From assembly GCA_024137785.1 (NCBI GenBank), contig JAHRHZ010000144.1, positions 36,482,672 through 36,546,671 on the forward strand: DNA of 64,000 bases, written 5' to 3'. The DNA is from Ginglymostoma cirratum (taxonomy: Eukaryota). The notes under the pieces were generated by a model that was not told the DNA's origin, made no database searches, and worked only from the letters and a program-made list of their open reading frames with translations. This document shows positions 1 to 12,100 of the stretch, piece after piece. The position numbers and the translations under genes were made by a program. How positions within the stretch are numbered: the stretch's first letter is position 1; each line of letters opens with the position of its first letter.

Positions 1-150
1 CAATACCACCAGAAGCTGCAATTGAAACTACAGCTATCAGTTCTGCTCTTGTGATTAAAAATTGTCAGAGAAAGCATCAAGGTGTGTACAATCTCGTTGC
101 GAAAAATGTAGGAGGTGAAAGAAGAAAGACAATTGTTGTTGAGGTTTTAG
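1..150 (+). CDS. TTN: titin exon (~human ex294), 3' part, Ig A22
   Basis: Frame 3 reads [35 protein letters not shown]...VEVL; donor G|GTAAAT at 150/151. Confidence 0.9.
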
Positions 151-3100
151 GTAAATATTCTTATTTCTTGGTTTTAATATTAGTACAATTTATTTTTCTT
201 AAGTATTTGAATAAAATGATTTTTTTTTAATATCATAGATGTTCCTGGGCCAGTTGGTGAACCTTTCCGCTGTGAAAATCTGACCAGCGATTCGTGCAAA
301 TTAACTTGGTTCCTTCCAGACGATGATGGCGGATCTGCTGTTACCAATTATATCATTGAAAAGCGCGAAGCTGAACGTCGAGGCTGGTCCCCTGTTTCGT
401 ACACAGTTACAAGGCAGAATGCTGTTGTTCAGGATCTAATTCAAGGAAATGTTTATTTCTTTAGAATTGCAGCTGAAAATATCATAGGCATGGGTCCATG
501 GGTGCAGACAACAAAAGAAATCACAGTTAAAGAACCAATCTGTAAGTGATCCTTCTGTTTACACTTTTTTCCAATCTTTAAGTATTAAATAAATCAACAG
601 TAACCACTGAATATATTTTAAAAAATGCATTTTCCTGACTTGCAGCTGTCCCTGAACGCCCTGAAGACCTTGAAGTAACAGCAGTCACAAAGCAATCAGT
701 TAGCTTGAAATGGAATCCTCCTAAGTACGATGGTGGATCAGACATTACAAAGTACATTCTTGAGGCCCGTCTTATTGGCAAAGAAAAGTTCGTCAAACTT
801 ACTAAAGAGAAATTGTTAGATCGGACTTTCAAACATAGTGGGTTAAAGGAAGGTGACACTTACGAGTACCGAGTCAGTGCGGTGAATGAAGTTGGACAAG
901 GCAAACCATCATTCTGCACAAAACCAATAACATGCAAGGATCAACTTGGTAAGCCAGCTTTCAGAATTCTTTTAAGAAAAATCCTGTTTCCTCTCCAGAA
1001 AGACAATAACAAAGTATTATTATCTTTAGAACCACCAACACTTGACCTGGATTTCCGCGACAAGTTGGTTGTGCGTGTGGGTGAATCTTTCAACCTGACT
1101 GGAAAATATAAAGGGAAACCTACTCCAAAGGTTTCTTGGCTTAAAGATGACGAGGCAGTTGAAGAAACTAATCGCCTCAAGATAAACACTACGCCATCAA
1201 AACTGAGTTTGGCAATTATGAAAGGTGTCCGTGGAGACTCAGGCAAATATTGTGTGGTGGTGGAGAACAACACAGGCGTACGTAAGGGTCTCTGTCAAGT
1301 GACTGTTGTTGGTAAGTTAGTTATTCACATCCTTTTTCAGTTTAAAGTATTGTAATATTGAAGTAGCAAACAGGATTCAGACTTTTTTTTTCTCATTCAG
1401 ATCGTCCACAGCCTCCAGTTGGCCCGGTTTTGTTCAATGAAATTCACAGAGATCACATGGTGATTTCTTGGAAACCCCCACTTGATGATGGAGGCAGTGT
1501 GATCACTAATTACATTGTTGAGAAAAGAGATGCACACCGAGAACTTTGGATGCCTGTTACTTCTTCAGTCACTAAAACAACGTGCAAGGTTCCGAAACTA
1601 ATTGAGGGCAAAGAGTATATTATCCGTATCTATGCTGAAAACATGTATGGAATCAGTGATGCCTTGCTTTCGGAAGAAATGAAAGCCAAAGATCGTTTCA
1701 GTGAGTATCGAACTTTGGATTTCTTGCATTAATATATTATGAAAAATACAAACAAAAACTGAGGAGCAAATTTAAAATTTAGCTTTTTATCCTAGTCATT
1801 TTCATCTAAAACAAGATAGATTCTTGATTACAGAAGGGTCTAGGCCCGAAACGTCAAGCTTTCCTGCTCCTATGATGCTGCTTGGCCTGCTGTGTTCATC
1901 CAGCCCCACAGCTTGTTATCTTAGAATCTTGATTACATATATTTTACAGTTTTGGGATTAAACATAATTGTACTTGGTGTACTCAACAAAGGTTAAGCTT
2001 TGTAATGAAAAGGCTTGCAATGTATTCAATAGCGAATAAATGCGAGGGAGAAATCTTCATTTTTATCCTTGCTTATTCCATTTTTAATCTTTTCTCTGAA
2101 GGCGTTCCTGAAGCCCCAGAGCAACCAATTATAAAGAATGTTACTAAGGATTCTGCAGTGGTGGTTTGGAATAGACCACGTGATGGTGGCAAACCTATCA
2201 CCAGATATATTTTGGAGAAGAAGGAAACCATGTCCAATCGCTGGACAAGAGCATCTATGGAGCCGATTTATCCAGACACTCAGTTCAAAGTAACTGACCT
2301 GCTTGAAGGCTGTGAATATGAATTCCGTGTTTCAGCAGAAAATGAAATAGGAGTTGGTGATCCCAGTCCGCCATCCAAGCCCATATTTGCAAAAGATCCA
2401 ATTGGTATATTAAACTTATGATCATTTACCTTTTCCTTCAAATAACTATTTTTGAGATGTGCTTGTCAGATTAATGATGGTCATATTTTTAACTGTTCTT
2501 ATCCAGTCAAACCAAGCCCACCGATTAATCCTGAAGCAGTGGACAAAACCAAATCTACTGTTGATTTAAAATGGCTACCTCCACGCCATGATGGAAGAGG
2601 GAAGATAATAGGTTACTTAGTGGAGTTTCAGAACGTTGGTGATGAAGAGTGGAAGAAAGCAAATCAAACACCAGATTCCTGCCCTGACACTCATTTCAAG
2701 GTGACAGGTCTTACTGAAGGTGATACATATAAATTCCGGGTAATGGCAGTCAATCAGGCTGGTGCCTCAGATCCGGCTTATGTCCACGATCCAGTGCAAG
2801 CAAAAGACAGACTGGGTGAGTGTTTTATAGGAATACAAAGCTGATCTTTCCACATTGAAGAGCTTTACGATTAATGGAGGGATTGCGGGAGGCAATAGCC
2901 TAGTGGTAATATCACTGGACTGTCAATCCAGAGACCCAGATAACATTCTGGGGATCCAGTTCAAATCCCGCCATGGCAGATGGTGGAATTTGAATTCAAT
3001 AAAATATCTAGAATTAAGAATCTAACAATGACCATGAATCCATTGTCAATTGTCAGAAAAACCCATCTGGTTCACTAATGCCCTTTAGGGAAGAAAACTG

Positions 3101-6100
3101 CCATCCTTACCTGGTCTGTCCTACATGTGACTCCAGACCCACAGCAATGTGGTTGACACAGTTAGGAATGGGCAATAAATGCTGCCTGGTCAGCGATGCC
3201 CTCATTCTGTGAATGAATGAATAAAGAAGAAAAAAAGTCTTGTTCTGTGTCATTGATTCTATTCAGTCAAAAGCTTTTACTTCCTTTTACAGAGGCGCCT
3301 GAGTTGTTTGTGGATGCCAACATGGCTCGAAGTGTAAACTTAAAAGCAGGAACCACTTTAACTCTCAGTGCAACCATAAAGGGCATGCCATATCCAAAGG
3401 TCACATGGAAAAAGAATGACATGGAAGTGCCAATGAAGGCTGATATTGAAGCTACGCCAGTAGGCAGCAAGCTTGAAATCCGCAATACCGTTAGAGGTGA
3501 TAGTGGTTGCTATTCACTCACGGCTGAAAATGAAGCTGGAAGCAAGAGTGCTTCATGTACTGTTGCAATATTAGGTAATATAGCAGGAGCGGAAAGAAAC
3601 AATCTACGCACTTAACTCAGTCTTGATCTGTCTGCCCTTTTTCCCATTACTTACAACATTTAAAAATATGCCAATTAATTTACAGATAAACCTGGTCCAC
3701 CTCGTAACTTGAACATCAGTGAGATTAGAAAAGATTCATGCTATCTGACATGGAAGGAACCAGAAGATAATGGTGGTGCTGTGATCTCAAACTATATAAT
3801 TGAGAAACGAGATGTTGCAGCTCCTCGGTGGATCCCTGTCTCATCCACAACCAAAAAGCACAGCATTATGGCTAAGTACTTAATGGAAGGCATCCAGTAC
3901 TTGTTCCGTGTGGCTGCAGAAAATCAGTATGGTAGAAGTAGCTTCGTTGAATCAACTAAACCCATAAAGGCAATTGACCCAATATGTAAGATTTTATTTG
4001 CTGAAGTTAATCATTTAAATTTTTCAAACTCAACTTCTGTACCCGTTCACAACACCTAAATTATTGTGCTGTCATCTTATTTTTATAGCTCCTCCTGGCC
4101 CACCTAAGAATTTGCACCATGTTGATGTGGATAAGACAGAAGTGTCTCTTCTTTGGAATTACCCAGATCGTGATGGAGGCTCTGAAATCACAGGATTTTT
4201 AGTTGAGTACCAGGAAGAAGGAGCAAAAGACTGGATTAAATTCAAAACTGTTAGCATACCAGAATGTGTAGTGACTGGTTTAGAACAAGGAAAGACATAC
4301 AGGTTCCGTGTCAAAGCTGAAAATGCAGCTGGGTTTGGTCGTCCAGACACAACAGTGCCTGTCCTATGCCAGGAGAAATTAGGTTAGTTGATTACATTGA
4401 CTTTGTTTCCCACTGTTTTCAATCTGAATTTCATTGACATTTTCATGATACTCATTGGTTGATGTATGCTTTTATTTTATAGTATCCCCATCTGTGGATA
4501 TAGATGTGAAGTTGATTGAAGGTCTTGTTGTGAAAGCTGGCAGCACGGTCGTACTTCCTGCTTTCATGAGGGGTATTCCTCCTCCTTCAGCGAAGTGGGT
4601 CTCTGATAACATTGAGCTTAAATCAGAAGGCAATTACAAGATCGTTACTGACAGCCATTCAACAGTCCTTACTATTAAAGATTGTACCAGAAAACATACT
4701 GGTGAATATATACTTACTGTTTCCAATCCAGCTGGTAGCAAGACGGTGGGTCTACATTTAACAGTCCTGGATGTTCCTGGTCCTCCACTTGGTCCAATCA
4801 ATATCCTTGAAGTAACACCACAGCACATGATTATTTCCTGGCGTCCACCTAAGGATGATGGTGGAAGTCCTGTCATGAATTACATTGTTGAGAAACGGGA
4901 ATCTAAGAAGGAAACCTGGGGTCTCGTCAGCACTGGAAGCACAAACACCCAAGTTAAAATTCCACGTCTTCAGAAAGGATGTGAATACATTATGCGAGTT
5001 CGAGCAGAAAACAAAATTGGCATTGGGGAACCACTAGAGTCTACGCCAACGGTTGCCAAGTACATGTTTGATGTTCCAGGTCCACCTACTAAACCAGCTG
5101 TTTCTGATGTCACAGAAAACGCAGTAACAGTTACTTGGGGTATACCGAAATACGATGGTGGTAGCCCAATTATTGGTTACCTTGTGGAACGCAGAGAAAC
5201 AACTGGTAAATGGATAAGAGTGAATAAGACACCAATACTGGATCTAAAACTGAGAACTGTCGGACTCTTTGAAGGAAATGTATACGAATTCAGAATATTT
5301 GCAGAAAATATTGCTGGTCTAAGTAAACCATCACCAATCTCTGATCCTGTCTCAGCAAAACGCCCTATAAGACCACCTGGACCACCAATCAATCCTAAAC
5401 TAAAAGATAAGACAAGAGAAACTGTTGACTTAGTCTGGACCAAGCCTACCAAGGATGGTGGCAGCCCAATTTTAGGATATATTGTGGAATGTCAGAAAGC
5501 GAATACAACCACCTGGAATCGAATTAACAAAGATAGCTTAATTGAGCAATGTGCTTTTAGAGTACCTGGTCTCATTGAGGGCAATGAATATCGATTCCGT
5601 ATAAGAGCAGCCAATATTGTTGGTGAAGGTGAGCCAAGAGAATTACCAGAATCTGTAATCTGTAAGGACATTCTTCATCCTCCAGAGCTAGACTTGGATG
5701 TTGTTTGTCGTGAGCTGGTCACAGTTCGTGTGGGACAAACTATTAACATAACTGGCCGTGTTAAAGGCAGACCAGATCCAGAAATTACATGGTCGAAGGA
5801 AGGAAAGGTACTTGTTCCTGACAAACGTGTAATCATGAATAATGATTACCCCGTTATACAACTGTTGGTTAAAGAGGCAACCAGAGCTGATCACGGAAAA
5901 TATCATATTGTCGCTAAAAATAGTAGTGGACATGCCCAAGCTGCTGTTACTGTGAATGTACTTGATAGACCCGGCCCTTGTAAGAATATCAAGGTAAGCT
6001 ATGTCACTAAAGATTCCTGTATGCTTGCCTTCGAAAATCCAGATGATAATGGAGGCTCTGAAATTACTAACTACATAGCAGAAAACCGTCAGCCCAGCCA

Positions 6101-9100
6101 AAGAGGATGGTCTGTGATTTCATCTGATTTGACTAAACGTGTGGTCAAAGTTCCACTTACAACAAATCATGAATATTTCTTCCGTGTGTGTGCAGAAAAC
6201 AAAGTAGGACTGGGTCCAACTATTGAAACCAAAACACCAATCTTAGCTATCGATCCAGTGGAAAGACCTGGACCACCTGAAAATTTTCATGTTGCTGATA
6301 TAGGAAAGACATTTGTTCTGCTTAAATGGAGGAGACCCGATTATGATGGTGGTAGCCCTAATCTGTCCTATCACGTTGAAAGAAGGTTAAAAGATTCCGA
6401 TGAATGGGAAAGAATGCACAAAGGAAGTATTAAAGATACTAGTTTCATGGCTGACCGATGTATTGAGAACCAGACCTATCAGTTTAGAGTCCAGACTAAG
6501 AATGAAGGTGGTGAAAGTGACTGGGTGAAGACAGATTATGTTATTGTTAAGCAAGAAATGCAGAAACCAGTCTTGGACCTAAAGCTGGCTGGAGTACTCA
6601 CTGTAAGAGCAGGTGAAACCATCAGAATTGAGGCAGCTCTCAGAGGTAAACCTCAACCAGAAGTTGTTTGGGTAAAGGACAAAGATGCAGTTGATCTTAG
6701 CAAATCGCCTCGAGCTAAGATTGAAACAACTGCTGATGCATCCAAACTTGCTATAACTAAAGCTAAGCGTGAAAACAGTGGCAAATATGTAATCACTGCA
6801 ACTAACCCAGCTGGTAGCTTTACGGCATATGCTACTGTGAATGTTTTGGATGTACCAAGTGAAGTCAGAAATCTGAAAGTCTCTGGCATTGCAAGTGATA
6901 GGTGTAGAGTCAGCTGGGACCCACCAGCAGATGATGGTGGCTGTGAAATTCAAAACTATGTTCTGGAGAAGTGTGAAAGTAAGAGAATGGTCTGGTCCAC
7001 ATATTCTTCTTCCATAATTACCGAATATGCAAATGTCACTCATCTTATTGAAGGAAATGAATATATCTTCAGAGTACGTGCAGAAAACAAAATAGGTACA
7101 GGTCCACCAACAGAAACAAAGCCAATTGTTGCAAAGACACAGTTTAATAGACCTGGCCCTCCAGATGCACCAGAGATCACTAAAGTTGGAAAGGAAGAGA
7201 TGACTGTCGTGTGGAATGCGCCAGAAGATGATGGTGGAAAATCGATCACAGGATATATATTAGAAAAGAAAGAGAAACGATCTTTAAGATGGGTACCAGT
7301 CACCAAGACTGCAATTCCAGAGAGGCGAATGAGGGTTACAAATCTGATTCCTGACCATGAATACCAGTTCCGTGTCAAAGCTGAAAATGAAGTTGGAGTA
7401 GGAGACCCAAGTCCACCATCAAAACCAGCAATAGCAAAGGATCCGATGGGTATTTACTTTACAACTTTTTTGTGCATTTTTTAAGCATGAATATTTTGGT
7501 TCATTGTCACTCCTTAAATTTTGCCTGATTCATGTCCTATTTTTTTGTCTGCACAGAACCTCCTGGTCCTCCAGTTGGTCTAAAGGTGATTGATAGTACC
7601 AAGACCTCCATTTCCCTTGGCTGGTCGAAGCCAGTGTATGATGGTGGTTCTCCTATCATTGGTTATGTTGTTGAAATGAGACCAAAAGGTGTCAGCAAAT
7701 TACCTGAAGAAGGTTGGAAGAGATGTAATGTTGCAGCCCAGCTTGTTCTTACACAGTTCACCATGACCAACCTCAATGAGAAAGAAGAATATGAATTTAG
7801 GGTTTCTGCACAAAACCAGGTTGGAATTGGTCGTCCTGCTGAACTGAAGGAAGCAGTATCACCAAAGGAAGTGTTGGGTAGGCTCTGCATTTTGCTATTT
7901 TTCACTTCGTGATATAAATAAAACAGTTTGTTTAAATCTAGTATTGTTTCTTTACGATGTGATTTCTTATCCACAATTGATTCTTACTTTTTAGAACCAC
8001 CAGAGATTGATTTAGATGCAAGTCTAAGAAAGACTGTAACTGTCAGAGCAGGATGTCCTATCAGGTTGTTTGCCACCATCCGAGGTCGACCTGCACCTAA
8101 AGTCACCTGGAGGAGAGTGGGAATAGACAACGTTGTCAGAAAGGGTCAAGTAGACTTACTCGACACAATGGCTTTCCTCGTCATTCCTGATAGTACTCGT
8201 GATGATTCTGGCAAATATTCACTTACGCTTGTGAATGCAGCAGGCGAAAAGGCAGTGTTTGTCAATGTTATAGTTTTAGGTGAGTAATATACATTTCGAT
8301 GTTTCCTGGTCTGAACTGCGGAGGAATTTCTAAAGTATGTTCGGGGGAAACTTCCTTAATCAGTATGTTTTCTATTCAGTGTGGATGGAGTGATTGTTGC
8401 ATCTAGCCTGGGGGAAGAAATTGGGTCAAGTGGAATACATCACAATGTGGAAACATCTCAAGAATAGCGATCATTATATGATAAGATTGAAATATTTATG
8501 GAGAAGGACAAAGAGTAATGTAAAATAAAAATACTTAAGAGAGGAAGTTTGACTTATGTGGATCGAGGAGGTATTTGGCTCGGTTAAATTGGAAACAAAA
8601 CTGGCAGGCAGAACTGCTAAATGGGGTAATGAGCTGCCTGAACAGAAAAAATGATTCATTCAATGCGTATTCCCACCAGGCATAAAGGGAGGACAGGCAA
8701 AGCCAAAGTTGTCTGGATGATAAAGGATTTCGAGAATAGAATGAATATGAAAAATGGGGGCTTTGGTAGATGTCAACTTGAAAATGAAAAGGACAATCAG
8801 TCTGATTATGAAAAGCATTGTGAAGTGCAAAGGAAAATAGGGTGGGTAAAGAAAACAGTATGAGAATTAATTGGCAACTAACATAAATGGGAATCCAAAG
8901 GTCATCAAAGGTATATTAATAATAGAGTTGTCATAGGAATGGTAGGTCCCAATTATAAAAGAAATAGTTAATGGTAAAAACAGAAGGCTTGGCTGAGGTT
9001 GAATAATTTTATAACAAGAAGAGAACTCTTTGGCAAACACATGGTAAGTGAGAAGTTTCTTGCCATACAGGAGCAATCACAATAGCTAAGGAGGAGGTAC

Positions 9101-12100
9101 AAGGAAAGCTGACAATAATAAAAGTGGATGTGTCCCCTGGTAGGGATGAGATGCATCCTAGAATGTTGACGGAAATAAGGCTAGAAGATTTGGAGGTGTT
9201 GGCCAGAAGCTTTCAATGCTTCTTATTACATGAGTGATAGCAGAGGATTTGAACCTTATTGAAAAACAGTGGGATAGATCTGTTAGGTTTAGACCAGTCA
9301 GATTAATTTCAGTGCTAAGGAATCATTTTGAAACCATAATTGGGGAGAACATTAGCAGCCACATGGATAATCGTGGACTAATAATCCAGCACAAATTTGT
9401 TAAGAACTAATTTAGCAGAGATTTTGATGACTTAACAGAATGGTAAATTTTACCAGTGCAGTCGATTTTGTTTATATAGAATTTCAAGTCATTTGATAAA
9501 GTACCACATGTTAGGCTCTTAACAAAATAAAGCACAGTTACAAAATTGTGTAAGTAACAGAAAACAGAGAGCTACCGCTAAGAGCTGTCATTTGAACTAA
9601 ACAGAAGTATACAAATTCCAGGTTCACCAGAAGGACCTGCTATTATCACGTGAGTTAGATTTTGGGGGACTGGCCACAATTTAAAATTTGTAAATGATCC
9701 AAAAGTTGGAAGTGTAGTCAACAGTGAAGAAGACATCAGTCGACTTTAGGAGGGTGTGTAGACTTTTAGAATGGCAGTATATGTGGCAGGAGTAATGAAA
9801 CACAGAATGGTGTAGGGTAATACATTTTGTTAAAAGGAATGAGGAGAAGAAATCAAACCCAAATGGTGCAATTTTAAAGATGATTCAAGAACAGAGTGAC
9901 CCAGGAGTGATGGGTACAAATCTTTGAAGGTGACAGGCGTGATTAAGAAAGCATGTGGGATCGAGGGCTTTAGAAATAGAGGTACTAAGTACAAAAACTT
10001 GGAAATTATCCAAAAGCTACATTAAACTCTAATGTGGCCCCAACATTTGTATCATGCCTGATTTTGGCACTACATTTTAGGTGTGGACATGAAGGCCTTA
10101 GTGGAGTTATGAAAGAGAGTTACTAAAACAGTCCCAGAGCTGAGGGATTACAATTGTGGTTCGTGGACTGGAAAAGCTTGAGTTACTGAAGCAGTTAGAT
10201 TAGGAGGAGCTTCAATTGAGACATTTAAAATCACGAAGGGTTTATATTGAGTAAATAAAGAGAAATAGTTCACAATGGATGAATGTTTGATAGCCAGACG
10301 GTGCAAGATTGGCAAAAAAAAGGCAAGAGAAAACTATTTGTATGTATTAAGTGTCTAGGATTTGGAATTCACTGTGTGATAGAGTAGTGGAAATCGATTC
10401 CATATTAGCTTTCAAAAGGAGTTTGGATAAATGCTTGAAGGAGAAAAAAATTGCAGTGATATGGGGAATGGGCAGAGGAATAAGACTAACTACTTCACTC
10501 TTCTACTGAACTAGCAGAGACTTGATAGTCTGAATAGCTACCTTCTTTGTATACTATTCCCTGATAAAACTTGATTTTTCTCAAAATTGTTTTTCGCTTT
10601 CAGACACACCTGGGCCTGTCTCAGACTTTAAAGCTTCCGATGTTACAAAGACTTCATGTCATTTGTCTTGGTCACCACCTGAAAATGATGGTGGCAGCCA
10701 AGTGACTCACTATATCGTGGAAAAACGAGAAGCAGACAGAAAGACCTGGGGCACAGTGACACAAGAATTGAAGAAAACGAGTTTCAAAGTGACTGGCTTA
10801 GAACCTGGAAATGAATATTATTTCAGAGTTACTGCTGTCAATCAGTACGGTCCTGGGGTTCCAAAAGACATTCCCAAACCTATTCTGGCCAGAGATCCAA
10901 TCAGTGAGTTGTTAATTTTTTGCACATTTCTTGTCAAACTAAGGTAAAAGTAATGTAACTGGGATGGCCAAATGCCTTTCATCATTACTAACTTTGTCTG
11001 GGTATTATTTTGCTATCAATTAATCTCAAAGCAACAATTTGCAATTTTCATTTTTAGGTGAACCTGATCCACCCAGGAAATTGGATGTCATTGACATAAC
11101 GAAGAATAGTGCTTCCCTCTCTTGGTTGCCACCTATTAGGGATGGAGGAGCTAAAATCGATGGTTATGTTGTTGAATATCAAGAAGAAGGTCAAACTGAG
11201 AGACAGTGGACAAAATACTCTATAATCAAGGAGCTGTCCATTCTTGTAACTGGCCTTAAGGAAGGAATTAAATATAAATTCAGAGTTTCAGCTAGAAACA
11301 TTGTAGGGACCAGCTTGCCCCGTGAAACTGAAGGACTTTTTGAAATTAAAGAACAACTGAGTAAGTGAACAATAATTTATTTTTTCTATAATAAATGGCA
11401 AAATTAAAGTAAACTTGAAAAAAAATTGTGAAAAGGATTCATAGATTAGTTATGACACACTACTCATTAAGACGGTCAGGAAGCTCAAACACCTTTCAAA
11501 TTTGTGCCTCATTGATGTGCTAGCAGGTTGCAGTTCTCTGTTTTCTTTTCATGGAGAGTCCACTGAAGCATGTGTAACCAGTTGATATAGATTGTAATCA
11601 GAGAATGTGATGCCAACTGCTGCCTAACATGTGGTTTGGTAGATTGCTTCTTTTCAGATGCAGATGCAAATTCTAGGGGAGTGTAAAAATTGGCTGGCAA
11701 CAATCCCAAAATAATTTTGTGAAATGTGAAGGAGAACTCCTGTCCTTTCCAGCCCACCTTTTTGAGGTACACTCCAAAAGTCCTTTAGAGTTCACTGTTT
11801 AGGCTTCCTAACACCTAGATCGATGGAACTGGCATATGCTGTGCGTTCTCCGTCAGTTTTTCTTTGAACATTGTAATTGAGCTCTTAGTTGAACTTCCAT
11901 TCAGTGAAAATTAATTCTGGTTGACAAATGGATAGGTGAAGTCCCAACCACACCTGCATTATTTGTCCCCTGCTTTTCAGGGGTTTAGTGGATAATGGTA
12001 GTTGAAATGCAACCCTTGCAACTTCTTCAGGATGGCTCCAAATTTTTTTTAAAGAAGACAAAGTTGCATTTATTAGATGCTTTATCATATCTCTCAACAG

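Noticed and set aside
2887-2975. tRNA-like sequence with A and B boxes (also 40540-40600 on the minus strand)
   Set aside because: No complete cloverleaf; each continues into a SINE body and tail, so these are SINE heads rather than tRNA genes.
5914-5923. Perfect MEF2-type site CTAAAAATAG, raising the idea of an internal (Cronos-like) promoter
   Set aside because: It is inside coding sequence (AKNS) in AT-rich DNA where chance matches are expected; the known Cronos start lies upstream of this region.
8651-9156. Small ORFs in the 2.3-kb intron
   Set aside because: They are fragments of a decayed CR1 ORF2, or its antisense, broken by stops and frameshifts.
11500-12040. Possible further LINE remnants in this intron (also in 16800-17340 and 56800-57290)
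   Set aside because: Too diverged to assign by eye; needs RepeatMasker.
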